Shown one piece after another: positions 30,181-42,413 of a stretch of DNA of 64,000 nucleotides. Each line of letters opens with the position of its first letter. Within the stretch, counting starts at the first letter, position 1. Made by a program: the position numbers and the translations under genes. The notes under the pieces are model-generated. The model made no database searches and was not told the origin of the DNA. It was given only the letters and a program-made list of their open reading frames with translations. Source of the DNA: the human T2T-CHM13v2.0 reference genome, Homo sapiens; NCBI RefSeq assembly GCF_009914755.1, contig NC_060925.1; one strand, written 5' to 3'.

Positions 30181-30775
30181 ACAAAAGAATTTTCTTTCTA
30201 ATACATATTTTCATGTCTTTTGTTTTGTTTTGTACTAAGCAATGTGCCTTCCAGGCCATTCAACTCAGAAAATGTGAACTCCTTTGTAGTAAATGGCACC
30301 TTTGAGATCAGGTAGGCCCAATGACTGACTGAGACGAATGCCAGAACTTAGGAAATGTGCACATGCAAAAAACACAATCAAAATGATTGAAAAAAGATGC
30401 ATTTTTATTGTTGTTGTTGATCTTAAGTCACTGTTTTTCTTCCCCTAACTTGCTCCTAAAAAATCATAATCAAAATCATTTAATTTGTTTATAATAATAT
30501 TCTATTACAAAGCTCATCAATTTTTTCTTCTTTTGGTTAGACTCTCTAGGTTTGGGCCAAGTGACTGGAGGAAAACACCAGTAATCCTTGCTGTTGGAAA
30601 TACTACAATATATATCCTGGAAAGGTCTTCAGTAAGCAAGGGGCAAGTGGCAGGTTTTATGGCACAAACATAGTAAATAATTCCAATTGATGAATTCCAA
30701 ACACAATTCATAAAATTCCAGGTTTGTAATAAAAACTTATCCCAAACCTAGCAGTAAAAGAAATACATTACTTAC

Positions 30776-31027
30776 CTTTTGGTCTTCTCTCTAGCTCAGA
30801 TGGGCTGGCATACAATAATATACCATGCTGGCATGCATATTTTCTTGTGCTGTACTATACAGCCACTTCTCTCCCTTGTTTACATTGCTATATTTCTAAA
30901 ATAACATCCTGACACTTTTTCTCCTCCATTTGTATTATTCCAGCACTTTCCTCTTCCAACTGCAGCTTGAGATGTACATTCACAAATATAATACATCCGT
31001 GGATTGTTTCATACATGGGAACCAGCA
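30776..31027 (-). other. Candidate non-coding exon
   Basis: Minus-strand consensus donor AAG|GTAAGT at 30776/30775. Possible acceptors ttgcttttaatgtag| (31027) or ttattttag| (30895). Stop codons in all frames of the long form. Confidence 0.25.
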
Positions 31028-31646
31028 CTACATTAAAAGCAACTTTAAAAACTCAAGCATATTGATCTTTCTGCCTTTTTTCTAGGTCTATCTGTTGCTA
31101 CCTTCGAAATCCTGTGAATAGAAGCAAACTATTTTACCTCTACACCCTTCAGTTTTCTCCTCTGTGGAATATGGGTAATGATAACCATCATACAGAGTTG
31201 CCAAAGATTATTGGAATTAACACTCATTATGTGTCAGGTACCGTTTTCAGAAATTTTAGTCATTTAATTATTAAATACCTAAACTGCATGAAATGGGGAT
31301 GATTATCCCCCTACCTCCCAGTGTATAGATGAGAAAAGTAATTCACAAAAAAGTAACTTTCCAAAGGTCATAGTGAGAGCATGGGCAGGGCCAAACTCCA
31401 AATCCAGCCAGTCTGATTCCAGAAATTACACTTTCAACCAGCAAGCTATATACTGAGAATTGAAGCTAATTCACTCAGAATCACTTAAAACATCCCCACT
31501 GGGCAAAAGTCATTCTGCGTTACAGAATGGGAACCTAAGTCACGTTCATGAATTATTTGTCCCAGACCCATGCTGTGGCTTAATTCTCTGAGTCTGTATC
31601 AGCAGTAGAAAATATGAGTTCAAAATTCTTTGTCTTTTCCAATAAA

Positions 31647-31685
31647 GATGATGATGATGATGATGATGATGATGACAACGACGAT
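31647..31685 (+). repeat. (GAT)9 microsatellite with degenerate tail
   Basis: Read directly. Confidence 0.95.
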
Positions 31686-32717
31686 TTGTACAACTAAAAT
31701 TTTACCTGCAGACTCAGTTTATCCTACTAATTATTTTCCATAAACCCAACAGGATAATTTTAAAATTGTTTTCTTTTAAAGTAAAACTATGTAAACAATA
31801 ATGCTAATATAGGGATAATTACTAAAATCAATCATGTTTCAGTGATATGAAAAAAAATCCAATAACTGAAGTTTTCAATAAGTGAGTTGTTTTTTCCAAA
31901 TACAATTTCATTTCAAAGTGTTCTTTCTTCATGACTTATAAGAAGTTAAAGATAAAATTCAACTTCATTTAAAATTGTCACTTTTCAAAACCTAAGAAAT
32001 TGGAAGTGTCTTCTATATTTGTTATTAAATAAATCACTCTTGAAAATAACATTTTTATATTTATATAGCTCACTTATCTAAAACAGTCAAGCCAGAACAC
32101 ATATTGTAATAAATTACCCATAAAATAAAGCTTGAAATTATAACAGGACAAAGTATTTAAATTTAGAACTTTATTGGTACAAAATCCCCAGAGACTCTCA
32201 AGGATTCCTAGTTTGATGCCAGCTTCGAGAGGAATTGGAATCGAGTATAGCATAACAGTCAGGTGGAGAGAAGACATCATGGCTCCTTTTGTTTTGAACA
32301 TCTGTGTGCTGCAAGGGGAACCTGATACTCTGACCTCTAGGACTGGGACCAGGATTACCTCAGCACAGGAATGTTTACAGAGGATGCCTAATCCTCTTGT
32401 GTAATACACAGTAGTCCATCACAAATCCTAACTGTTGCTGCAGATGGTGGCCACAAAGAAACTGCTTTCCTGTCTTCAAATATCCCACAGCATGTTCAAT
32501 CTTCCTATTAAAACTCTTATTGCATTCTACATTGTATTATTGTTTGTTTATATCCTATCTTTTCTTCTGGGTTAGAAATTCCTTGAGAAAAGTGACCAAG
32601 CCTTCTTTATTTTTGCATCTCCACACCCTTAGTAGATACTTATCATTTACTAAATGAATAAATTAATTAATGTGTGATGGATGAATGGATGGTCTGTGCA
32701 TGTCTGTAGAGTGATAG

Positions 32718-33157
32718 TGTATTAGTCCATTCTCATGCTGCTAATAAAGACATACCCAGGACTGGGTAATTTATAGAGGAAAGAGGTTTAATTGACTTAC
32801 AGTTCAGTGTGGCTAGGGAGGCCTCAGGAAACTTACAGTCACGGTGGTAGGTGAAGCAAACACATCCTTCTTCACGTGGCAGCAGCAAGAAGTGCAGTGC
32901 AAAGTGGGGAAAAGTCCCTTATAACATCATCAAATCTCATAAGAACTCACTCATGATCACAAGAACAACATGGAGGTAATTGCCTCCATGTTGGTCCCTC
33001 CTGGGGGACATCTTTTGTAAAATACCTTTTATTATTTCTCAGAACTCAGGGTGTCACTTACCAATCCTCCTTTCCAGGTCCCTCCCAGGATATGTGGGTA
33101 TTATGGGAACCACAGTTCAAGGTGAGATTTGGGTGGGGACACAGTCAAACCATATCA
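32718..33157 (-). mobile_element. THE1 (C/D-like) MaLR solo LTR with foreign insertion
   Basis: tgtattagtccattctcatgctgctaataaagacatacc...gagatttgggtggggacacagtcaaaccatatca. 5-bp TSD gatag/catag. Confidence 0.93.
33012..33077 (+). repeat. 66-bp dispersed duplicate of 33658-33723
   Basis: 65/66 identical by direct comparison. Confidence 0.97.
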
Positions 33158-33707
33158 CATAGTGTCTAAAACTCTACTCCAGTCAAGTGGTGTGTATCTT
33201 TATAATACGTGTAGAGTCCACATATTCATGAGCTGTGGACTGTGAGCCTATTTTTGAAAACACATCACCAACTACCATGTATTGAATAGACATAATGTGT
33301 CAGGCAATGTTTAGATAATTTTCACAATTTATAGTCCTCAGAGTAATTTTCCAAAATAGCAGTGTTATCCTCATTTTGTTAATAGAAAATAAATACAGAG
33401 AGGTTATGTAGTTTGTACACACACAACTAGTAAATAGGAAACCCCAGTCTAAATTCAGTTTGTGGTCTTAAAAAGGCATTTTAAAAGACCAGATTTTTCT
33501 CAGAGTACACTATTGGTATCATCATATTTTATAACATAGTAAACATAATGTATGAAGGTTAATGCAGTGTCAATAAAGTATTTTCAGACAATAGGAAGAT
33601 GTGCCCTATAATTCCCAAATCATTCTTTTCCTGTCAGTGTTTTCTTTTTCTTGCTTGCTTTTGTAAAATACCTTTTATTACTTCTCAGAACTCAGGGTGT
33701 CACTTAC

Positions 33708-33743
33708 CAATCCTCCTTTCCAGAAATATACGCAAAAGTTTTA
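33708..33743 (-). other. Candidate 36-nt microexon
   Basis: Minus strand: tttgtttcctatttggctag|TAAAACTTTTGCGTATATTTCTGGAAAGGAGGATTG|gtaagt. Confidence 0.3.
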
Positions 33744-34481
33744 CTAGCCAAATAGGAAACAAAGTTCTAATTTATCAAACTATGTTGTATAAAGTACATT
33801 GATAAGCTATAGTGTTTAATGAGGCTTACACCTGAGGCTGAAGTGGGATTTCCTATCCCTCACCCTGTGATTGGTAACAGCAAAGCTCAAAGAAAGGCTC
33901 AATCTGACTTATCTCCCATGGTCAACACAAAAGCTGGCATGCAGAGAGAACTCGAATCCCTGGTGCTCTGCCTATTCATCCCTCCCTCTTAGACAGAGTC
34001 TAGGTTTTAAATAATGTTTGTTTATAAAAATAGATTGTCAGCTACCATGTGACAGCTTGGATTATTTTTTTGGCTTTTCCAAGCTTGGCTTTTCTTCTCC
34101 TCTTTCCTCTTTGCTCCAGGAAGTCCATGGTCACTGGTTGCCTCACACCACAAATGTCAAGTGCCCACATGCGCCCCCACCCTGCACAACTGAAGCTTTT
34201 GAGCCTGCTGCACACCAGGGCTCATCCAAGCCTCTGTAATTTTTAAGATGTAAAAGCTGCCATGTGCCTTGTGCCTCTGTCCTTTCTTTGTGTTATATTT
34301 TATCACATATGGGTAAAAGTAGAGCCCTTATCCCTCAATATCTTAAAGAATCCTTGCTAAAATCACTTTTTCAGGTATTATTCAGTACACTCTATCCAAG
34401 ACAAGTCTCACAGGGAACCAAGCCCAGGGATAATTCTAAAGGCCTTAATATACTGAGTGGCAAATGGGTTTGGTGCTCTAA

Positions 34482-34705
34482 CCCAGACTTCAGTAAAAGT
34501 GTTCTGTAAAGGACCAAATAGTAAATACTCCAGGCTTCGTGAACTTCATATGTCCTCTGTCACATATTCTTCTATTTTTGTTGTTATTGATTTGTTTTGC
34601 TTTTCTACAACACTTTATAAATGAAAAAAATAATTCTTAGTTTGAAGGCCCATTTCTGCAGGCCACTAACCAGACTTGGCCTGTAGTTTGCCAAATCCTG
34701 ATCTA
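34482..34705. mobile_element. MER58-like hAT-Charlie element
   Basis: ttctgtaaaggaccaaatagtaaatactccaggctt...ggcctgtagtttgccaaatcctg. Confidence 0.75.
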
Positions 34706-34709
34706 GATT

Positions 34710-34920
34710 CCAGCCAACCTTGTTTGAATTCTGTCTCTGACATTTACTAAATACATAACAGATATGTTTAATCTCTCTAAGTTTCCACATGTCTGAAAGG
34801 TGGATAACTGTTCTTATCTTAATAAGATAGAAGGAAAATTAACCACAATAACACCTTTGAAGCTCTCAGCATCATGCCTGAAACTTGGTAAGCACTCAAT
34901 AAATTACCTATTATTACTAT
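34710..34920 (+). mobile_element. MIR
   Basis: tttaatctctctaagtttccacatgtctgaaag...gcctgaaacttggtaagcactcaataaat. Confidence 0.7.
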
Positions 34921-35389
34921 TTCTCAAAAGGATGTATCCTCCCTGACCACTGGGTCTTTATTACAGATCAAGCTTGTTTGACTCTCTCTGCCTTTAGGAT
35001 AAATTCTCTTCCAGGAATTTTCTTGTTCCATTATGCAAATAGAATCCTTAGGGACCTTCCCATCCATCAGCCTGATTTGCCCAGATGTGTTTAGTGGCAT
35101 TGTGAAATGTGCTTAGACATAAGCTAAGACTCCTCCTACAAAAATGGAAGTAGAGAATGATAGATAAGATGGATATCACCAATTAATATGTGTGCATCAG
35201 ATTGCTCAACAATAAACAGACCAGTTCAGTTTTGAATGCTCCAACAATGCCTAAATGAGCCAATTAGCAAAAATATTGGGGTGAGTTACAGCTAAATCTC
35301 ATTACTTAATTTCCTCCCGATCTTACATACTACCCCCATCAGTTTCCAGTGAGAAAGTGAACAGTTGCTCTTGGCACAGACTGCAGTTT

Positions 35390-35680
35390 TTCAATTCAAC
35401 AAGCATTTATTGAGCATCTACTTTGTGAAAAGCATTGAGCCAGGCATTATAGGGGAAACAAAGAAGAACTAGACACAGATCTGTCTTTAAGGAGGAAGGA
35501 AAAAAGAAGGTAAGTGCCAAAGCAAGTGTATAAAAAGTGCTGTAGAAGAGGTGCAGAAATGAGGTATAAGAAAACACAGTTTGTATTGCTTCAGAAATGC
35601 AATCAGAAATGTCTCCAAGTAGCTTTTTGGCTGCATCTAAAAGGATGGATAGGATTTCAACAGGATGAAATGGCCTTTCC
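35390..35680 (-). mobile_element. L2 3' fragment
   Basis: ttcaattcaacaagcatttattgagcatctactttgtg is the antisense L2 terminus. Confidence 0.75.
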
Positions 35681-37918
35681 ATGATGAAATTACATAATAA
35701 GAAGAATGGTTTATGATGTTAGAAGATTGTTAGAGGTATAGTTGACCAAAGCACAGGAGTCGTGACTGAGGGTAGTGAGTACTAAGGCTAGAATTAGAAC
35801 AAAATGAAAATAAGTGAGAGTTTATCGAGTCTTAACCTCTTGCATAGCACGTGAGGAAACTGAATCTCACAGAGAGATTAAGTGCCTTTCTTGTGTCACA
35901 CAGCTAATGGCTGAGCTGAAATGCACCTCAGCTCCCCAGCTTCCTGGGCTAGTTCACTTTCCATTACCTAATAGCTGGAGAAAGATAATGGATGAAACTG
36001 AATACCACACTAAGGTTTTTGTTTTTCCTCTGCAAGAAGTGATTTGACACTGAAAAATTTGAGCAGCAGCGTATAATAGTCAACGATATAAAAATCTGAT
36101 TTAAGCAGCGCCATGAAAGGGGAACCAAGGAGGGAAGAGGCTGGAGGCAGGGAGGCAGACGAAACTGCTGCAATTGCTCTGGGCCTGAACTAAGGCAGTG
36201 GCACTGAATGCCTTGGATGGGACAGATAAGAGGATCACTGTGAAAGGAGAACCAAAATGACTGAGAGAATAAGTAGAGAAGAGAAATGAGAGAAGATGTC
36301 AAATAGGACCCCAAAGATTTTAGCAAATGCCTATTGAGCGCGTCCTTTATATGAAGTACTAAAGAGCAATTGCTTCTGCCTTTATTCTCCATATTTTTAT
36401 ATCTCTGCAGACCAAATACATTACCATTTTGTACACAAAAGAGAAAGAGTATAGCAGAAAGAACACGGTGCTTGATCCCAGATCTGCGGCCAACTCCTTC
36501 ACAGCTCGTAGCACGTCACTACTCTGATCTTTCAGTTTACAATTCTGTAATGCGAGGCATTTCCTGGATGATACCTAAGGCCTCTTCCAACTCTTATGAT
36601 AGTGGTTGTATCTCAGATGTGAGAGGAAACACAGGGGCCGAGGGCTGCCACCTGGCACAAATTAGTATACACATCTTTGGGGTTGAACGGGCATGGGTTT
36701 GAGGAAGAAGTTGTTCTCTAGTCTGAGTTCAAGGAGAATTCTGTTTAGTTGTGCTTCATCCTCCCTGAACTCTGAAGTTAAACACATGGACTAATGAGAT
36801 GGCAGGAGAGGTGCCAGAAAGATGTGCAATAGCTTAGCAGCCTGCCTCTACGCAGCAGGGTCCAGGAATAGCACACCCCAGGCAGGAGTTTGCCCTGATG
36901 TGTACCCTTCTCGAAAGTATGCTAAGCAAGTCACTGAGATGTCAGCTTCATGGCAGGTAGGCAGTCAGGGAATTGTGTTCAGCTTGAGAGAACACCTCAC
37001 TGAGTGTAAGGCTTTCTGGTTATTGAAGAAGACCTTCTACTTTTCACTTCATTATCCATAGCTCATGTCAGGAACCTGTGACTACTCAGTACTTTATTTC
37101 AGCCCCTAACATATTCTATACTCACTGTGTCAAGGCACCAACCAGAGCTCCAAACGCACAATCTTCTGGGTAGTTTTTCTGCTTCTGAGCCAATGCATGT
37201 GCCCTACAGCACAGTATGATGGATATATCTTTCAGTATCAAATAATTAATTATGCAGAATGCTTCATTAACAATAACCACTAGAGTCAATGGCCAGGGTC
37301 ATCACAACATGGTTCATCCGTGCTTGAATTCACTGACCCCTCCCTCTCTCCTTGTCAAGAAATATCAAGAAACAGATTCATCAGGAATAATGGCCAGATG
37401 TTTGCTCATTAATGATCCTTCCATAATCAGAAAAGTGATGACCACGGGACACTTAATCTTGTCAATTTTTGTGACAGAAAACATGCTTAATTTATCATCA
37501 GCTTTGCAAAAAACAGAGCTCTCATTCTCCCAAACCAAACCAGAAAACAAAATAACTATTTAGGATTTAGTCTTATTTGCACTGTAAGCCCAACATAAGC
37601 TTTGCATGATTGGCCACACTGCTTCTGCTTCTTTAAACAGAAGTATAAACATAGTGTTGGGGACTTGACCAAGAAGCTCCCAGACCCCACTCCAAGTGTT
37701 GAGCTGAGCTGAGAGTTGTGCAAAAATGAGCAGTAATGTTATCAATGCCAGACCCCTCAACCTGGCTGTCCATCACGGGCTCCATCAAGGGCTCTGCTTT
37801 ACTTCACAGTGTGGTCACTATGCACAAGCTTCTGCCACTCTCAGTGCTGATAATCCCCTCTGCATTTAATCATGCACTCTGGCAACCTAAATGTCACCAG
37901 ACGACTGAGCTCCTGTTA

Positions 37919-37920
<2 letters not shown>

Positions 37921-37966
<46 letters not shown>
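37921..37966 (+). repeat. (GT)23 microsatellite
   Basis: Read directly. Confidence 0.98.
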
Positions 37967-37971
<5 letters not shown>

Positions 37972-38455
37972 ACAAGGTATTCTCAGCTAACACTAACCAC
38001 AATGTACTTTTCTACTCCAAATATGAATGTGCCTACCGTCTACACGATACACAATCATGCTGTATGTGTGTCATCTGGTCATTGTATACAGTGTCATCTG
38101 GTTGTTTCATGTCTTATATCCCCAGCTGAATCAGACGGGATCCAAATATCAGCTCTCTGGTAACTTCCACAGTTGATGAATTGGGTAAAGATATAAGAAA
38201 TCCTCACAGAGGCAATAAGAAGTATAAAAAAAACTTGAAATCTGAAGTTCAAAACCAAGCTTAAAATTGTAACTCTGACTTCTACCAGTTGTGTACCTGT
38301 GGACAAATTATTTAACGTTTCTGGGAAGTTTTTGTGAGGACCAAGAGAAAAATAGAGACTCTGGCACAGTGCCTGGTATATAGTAAGGACTCTATAAATT
38401 GTCAATTCCCATTTCCTTTTTTAATTATCAAGTAAAAAGACCAGAACCTATAGAA

Positions 38456-38508
38456 TCTTTCTCTCTCTCTCTCTCTCTTTCTCTCTTGCTCTCTCTCTCT
38501 CTCTCTCT
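38456..38508 (+). repeat. Interrupted (CT)n microsatellite
   Basis: Read directly. Confidence 0.95.
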
Positions 38509-38740
38509 GGGTTAATATACATTCATTCACACAGAGTCTTACACAAACATAATGCCCAGCAATCGAAGGACAGATAAAAAAAAAAAGTGTTAAAACCAAT
38601 AGCAATATAAAAAGTATACATCTCACTTAATGAAGGGCTTGTTTTAACACTATCAGAATCTTTTCAGTCTAGAAAGAACACAAACGCACAACAGTGTCAG
38701 AGCCATGTCACATAAGTATCGCCCATAAAACTGCAAAATG

Positions 38741-39039
<299 letters not shown>

Positions 39040-39994
39040 AAAATTGCAAAATGTAGTCACCCTGTTATGTTTCATGACTCTGAAAGTGTTATGTGGTTTT
39101 TTAACAGTAAACAGTCACTTCAATAGTTTATTATTTCTTATCATTATTAGTAATATCATATCAATATTTTAAAGCTGAAGTTGTTTCTTCAACCCTTAAC
39201 TTATAAACTAAAACCCAGAGTACCAAAGTTTGCTTTGCAGCATAAAACAAATTAGGAGGTTGCTCTAATTTAGTTTTTAACTTAGTTTTTGTTCCAGAAA
39301 TAATAGAGACACAATAGACAAAGAGCAATAAAGAAAATAAAAATACACTGCATAATAAAATGCAATTCCATATTCCCCATTACCTTGGGTAATGATGTTA
39401 AAATACCCCCAAAACTACAAATACTATCAGGAAAGCTTAACTAAACAGCACTGTTTTCCACATCTACCCCTAGCAAGGTTGAATGTCCTGGAGTTTTCCA
39501 GCTTCTGGATTTCAGAAATATCCTCTTTACTACTGTCCCTCAAGTCACACAAGAGCCCACTAAGAAAACCTCCTCTCCTGTTTATGTATCAGCAGCTGGT
39601 GCCTATTCAATGCTCCAGTTCTTTCCATGGTGCTATTGTCTCCATATAAGGCTGCTGTTATGAAAATAAGTGTTAATGATGCAGGGCTAAATGCCGTGTG
39701 ATAGAAAAAAAAAAAAGGAAGAGAAGGAGGGTAAGAAAGAAGAAGGAAGATATGAAAGAAGACAGAAAAAATTTTAAATACCAGAAAAATATTTATATTT
39801 GCAAAGTACATCAAAAACACCAGAATTGTAGCAAGCGTACAGAAAAAGGAAGAGCTTTTGCACTGGAGATCTATTTATTTGGCAACTTATTACAAAATGT
39901 TATCATGAAATTTTTTATTATGCTTTCCTAAATTTAAATTTACAATTCTGGCACCAAATGACGTTAATCTATTTATATAATAAAGCAGCAAGTT

Positions 39995-40283
39995 GGCTGG
40001 GCCCGGTGACTCATACCTGCAATCCCAGCACTTCGGGAGACAGAGGCAGGTGGATCACGAGGTCAGGAGTTCAAGACTAGCCTGGCCAACATGGTGAAAC
40101 CCTGTCTCTACTAAAAATACAAAAATTAGCCGAGTGTGGTGGCATGTGCCTGTAATCCCAGCTACTCAAGAGGCTGAGGCAGAGAATTGCTTGAACCTGG
40201 GAGCCAGAGTTTGCAGTGAGCAGAGATCATGCCACTGCACTCCACCCTGGAAGACAGAGCAAGATTCGGTCTCAAAAAGAAAA
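39995..40283 (+). mobile_element. AluSg-like
   Basis: ggatcacgaggtcaggagttcaagac. TSD aaa(g/c)cagcaagt at 39982-39993 and 40284-40295. Confidence 0.94.
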
Positions 40284-40339
40284 AAACCAGCAAGTCCTTA
40301 ATGGATAACTGCAAGTCTCATCAACAGCAATGCTATTAA

Positions 40340-41238
40340 CTGAACTGGCTCATCAGTAATTGACACCCGTGTCTATCCACTTGCTCATGCCAAGATGTAG
40401 GTGAGTCACCCTTGAGCTTTGCCTCTCTCTCATCCTATTTGCCACAATTCATCACCAACTCCTCTCAATTCTACTTTCCAAATACATCTCTAGTCCATTC
40501 AATCTTCCTGGTCCTCACTCTTCCCAGCCTAGTCCTGGCCTCCATTGCCTCTCACTAGGACTTTTCCAGTGGATGTCTAATCACTTTTCATACATTCCTT
40601 TCCCAATCCATTCTCCAAAAGTAGCCAGAATGATCTCATAAAATGCAAGTCGGATTATGTCACTTACTAGCCTAAAATCCCTTTAACTCCCAACATTTTT
40701 TCAGGAAAAAAATGTCAAAATTGTTAACAAGAACCTATACATTTCTACAAAACCTGGCCACTACTTCTCTCTTTAACTTTTTCTTTTCTCTCACTGTCCC
40801 CCTCTCTCACTTTGCTTCTTCTCACTGGCCTACTCTCTTTTCCTCAAATATGCCAATTTCACTCTTACATCAGCCCTTTCCTACACACTGTTCTCTTCAC
40901 TTGAAGCAAATGCCACCAATCCTAGCCCCTTTATCTAGCTAACTCCTACTCAGTCTTCCAGCTTTTGAATGCTTCTTTTTCGGTGGATCTTTCCTAGCCA
41001 CAGAGTTTAGTTTAAGGTCTCTATTATACTCTTTCATGGCACTAATTATATTTTCTTTAAGGCACTTGTAATTGCAGTCATACAGATATTTGTATGATTA
41101 TCAACTTAATGCCTGCATCTACCACTCTGCTCTAATCAACATGACAACAGGGACTGACTCTTTTGTTTGCCACCGTATCCCCAAGGCTATCACAATATCC
41201 AGCATGAGTGTGTCAGCGCTTTGTTGAATTAATTCATT
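40340..41238 (+). mobile_element. L2 3' region
   Basis: aatccattctccaaaagtagccagaatgatctcataaaatgcaagtcggattatgtcact...ttttgtttgccaccgtatcccc...ttgttgaattaatt. Confidence 0.8.
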
Positions 41239-41304
41239 GGTAAGTTCTTTTACTTCTCTTTAATCAAGCAGCTGTGTTCCCACACAGTTATACTGCTATA
41301 CTAA

Positions 41305-41530
41305 TCAATGGCTATCACTGTTTGAACATTTATTATATGGCAGGCACTGTGATAAGCATTTCACATATGTATTCTTTATGGTATCTCTACAGTGTAGTAC
41401 AGTTATCATCCCCATTTTATTATTTAGGAAACTGAGCTGCTTCAAGTGACAGATTAGTAAAACTGCGATTCAAAGCAAAGCTTTTCAGGCTTCCTGGCCC
41501 ATATTCTTAAACAATTCACTATACTGCTCC
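41305..41530 (-). mobile_element. MIR
   Basis: caggcactgtgataagcatttcacat...ttatcatccccattttat...ggaaactgag. Confidence 0.8.
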
Positions 41531-42387
41531 CTGGCAAGTGCAGGTAGATTGAACTGCATAGGGTGAGAGAAGGGAGCAGGAAGCATGTGTTTTGTTAAAA
41601 GTTACCGGCATTTTGGCTATTCACGGTTACTGTTTCACACTAACCCAAAGACATTGTTTTTCTCTGTATTTGTCATTTCCATCGGCAGCCCCTCTTACTA
41701 CACCATACTGAAGGGGGAAAATGTGTTCCCAGTTTCCAGAGATACTAAGCCACAGGTAGAGATGAATTGCAGCCTGCCTCTTTTAGCTGGCTGAGTTTGT
41801 TTGTTGGTTGGTTTGTTTTTCAATATGAACATGAAAGATTTCTCCTCTACTGTCCTCAACACTGGTTTTCCTGCTTAGCATACATGCTGGCTAAGGATTG
41901 TAGGTAATAGAAACAGTGGTATATATGTGCCAGAATTCACACCATGGGAAAGAATACAGTGATGTTTCCAAGGGAAATTAAAGACACCCTAGTTAGGCTT
42001 TAACTTAAATTGTGAAGGATATTGTTTAATTACTTTTTTGAAGGACAACCAACTCTCCTACCATAGGATTATCTCAACCTTCAACTTTATCCATTAAAAA
42101 TCCCGGTAATAGCCAACTCTCTGTTGTATAAATGTACCTTCAGGCCTTTGCTCCTCCAAAACTGTTCCCTTGGTGACAAGTCTGTTCCCTGGGTGATAAC
42201 TGATGGATTCTTTCCTGATGTCACTCAGACACTGACTTTAATCTGAAGAAAGGTTTCAGCTCTTTTTGAAGCATTAAAAACAGGATGCAATCATGGCTCT
42301 CCTGAGGATAAAAAATGGAACTTTCTTGTAAAGCAGGAAAAGCTCCATTCTGTGCTATAGAGTTGCTTGGGAGAAACATTTCCATGC

Positions 42388-42413
42388 TTTTTTTTTTTTT
42401 TTTTTTTTTTTTT
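42388..42413 (+). repeat. T26 homopolymer
   Basis: Read directly. No attached Alu or L1 body. Confidence 0.95.

Noticed and set aside
33708-33743. KTFAYISGKED as part of a PTB-domain strand
   Set aside because: Resemblance covers only a few residues, and no neighbouring PTB-coding exons are visible.
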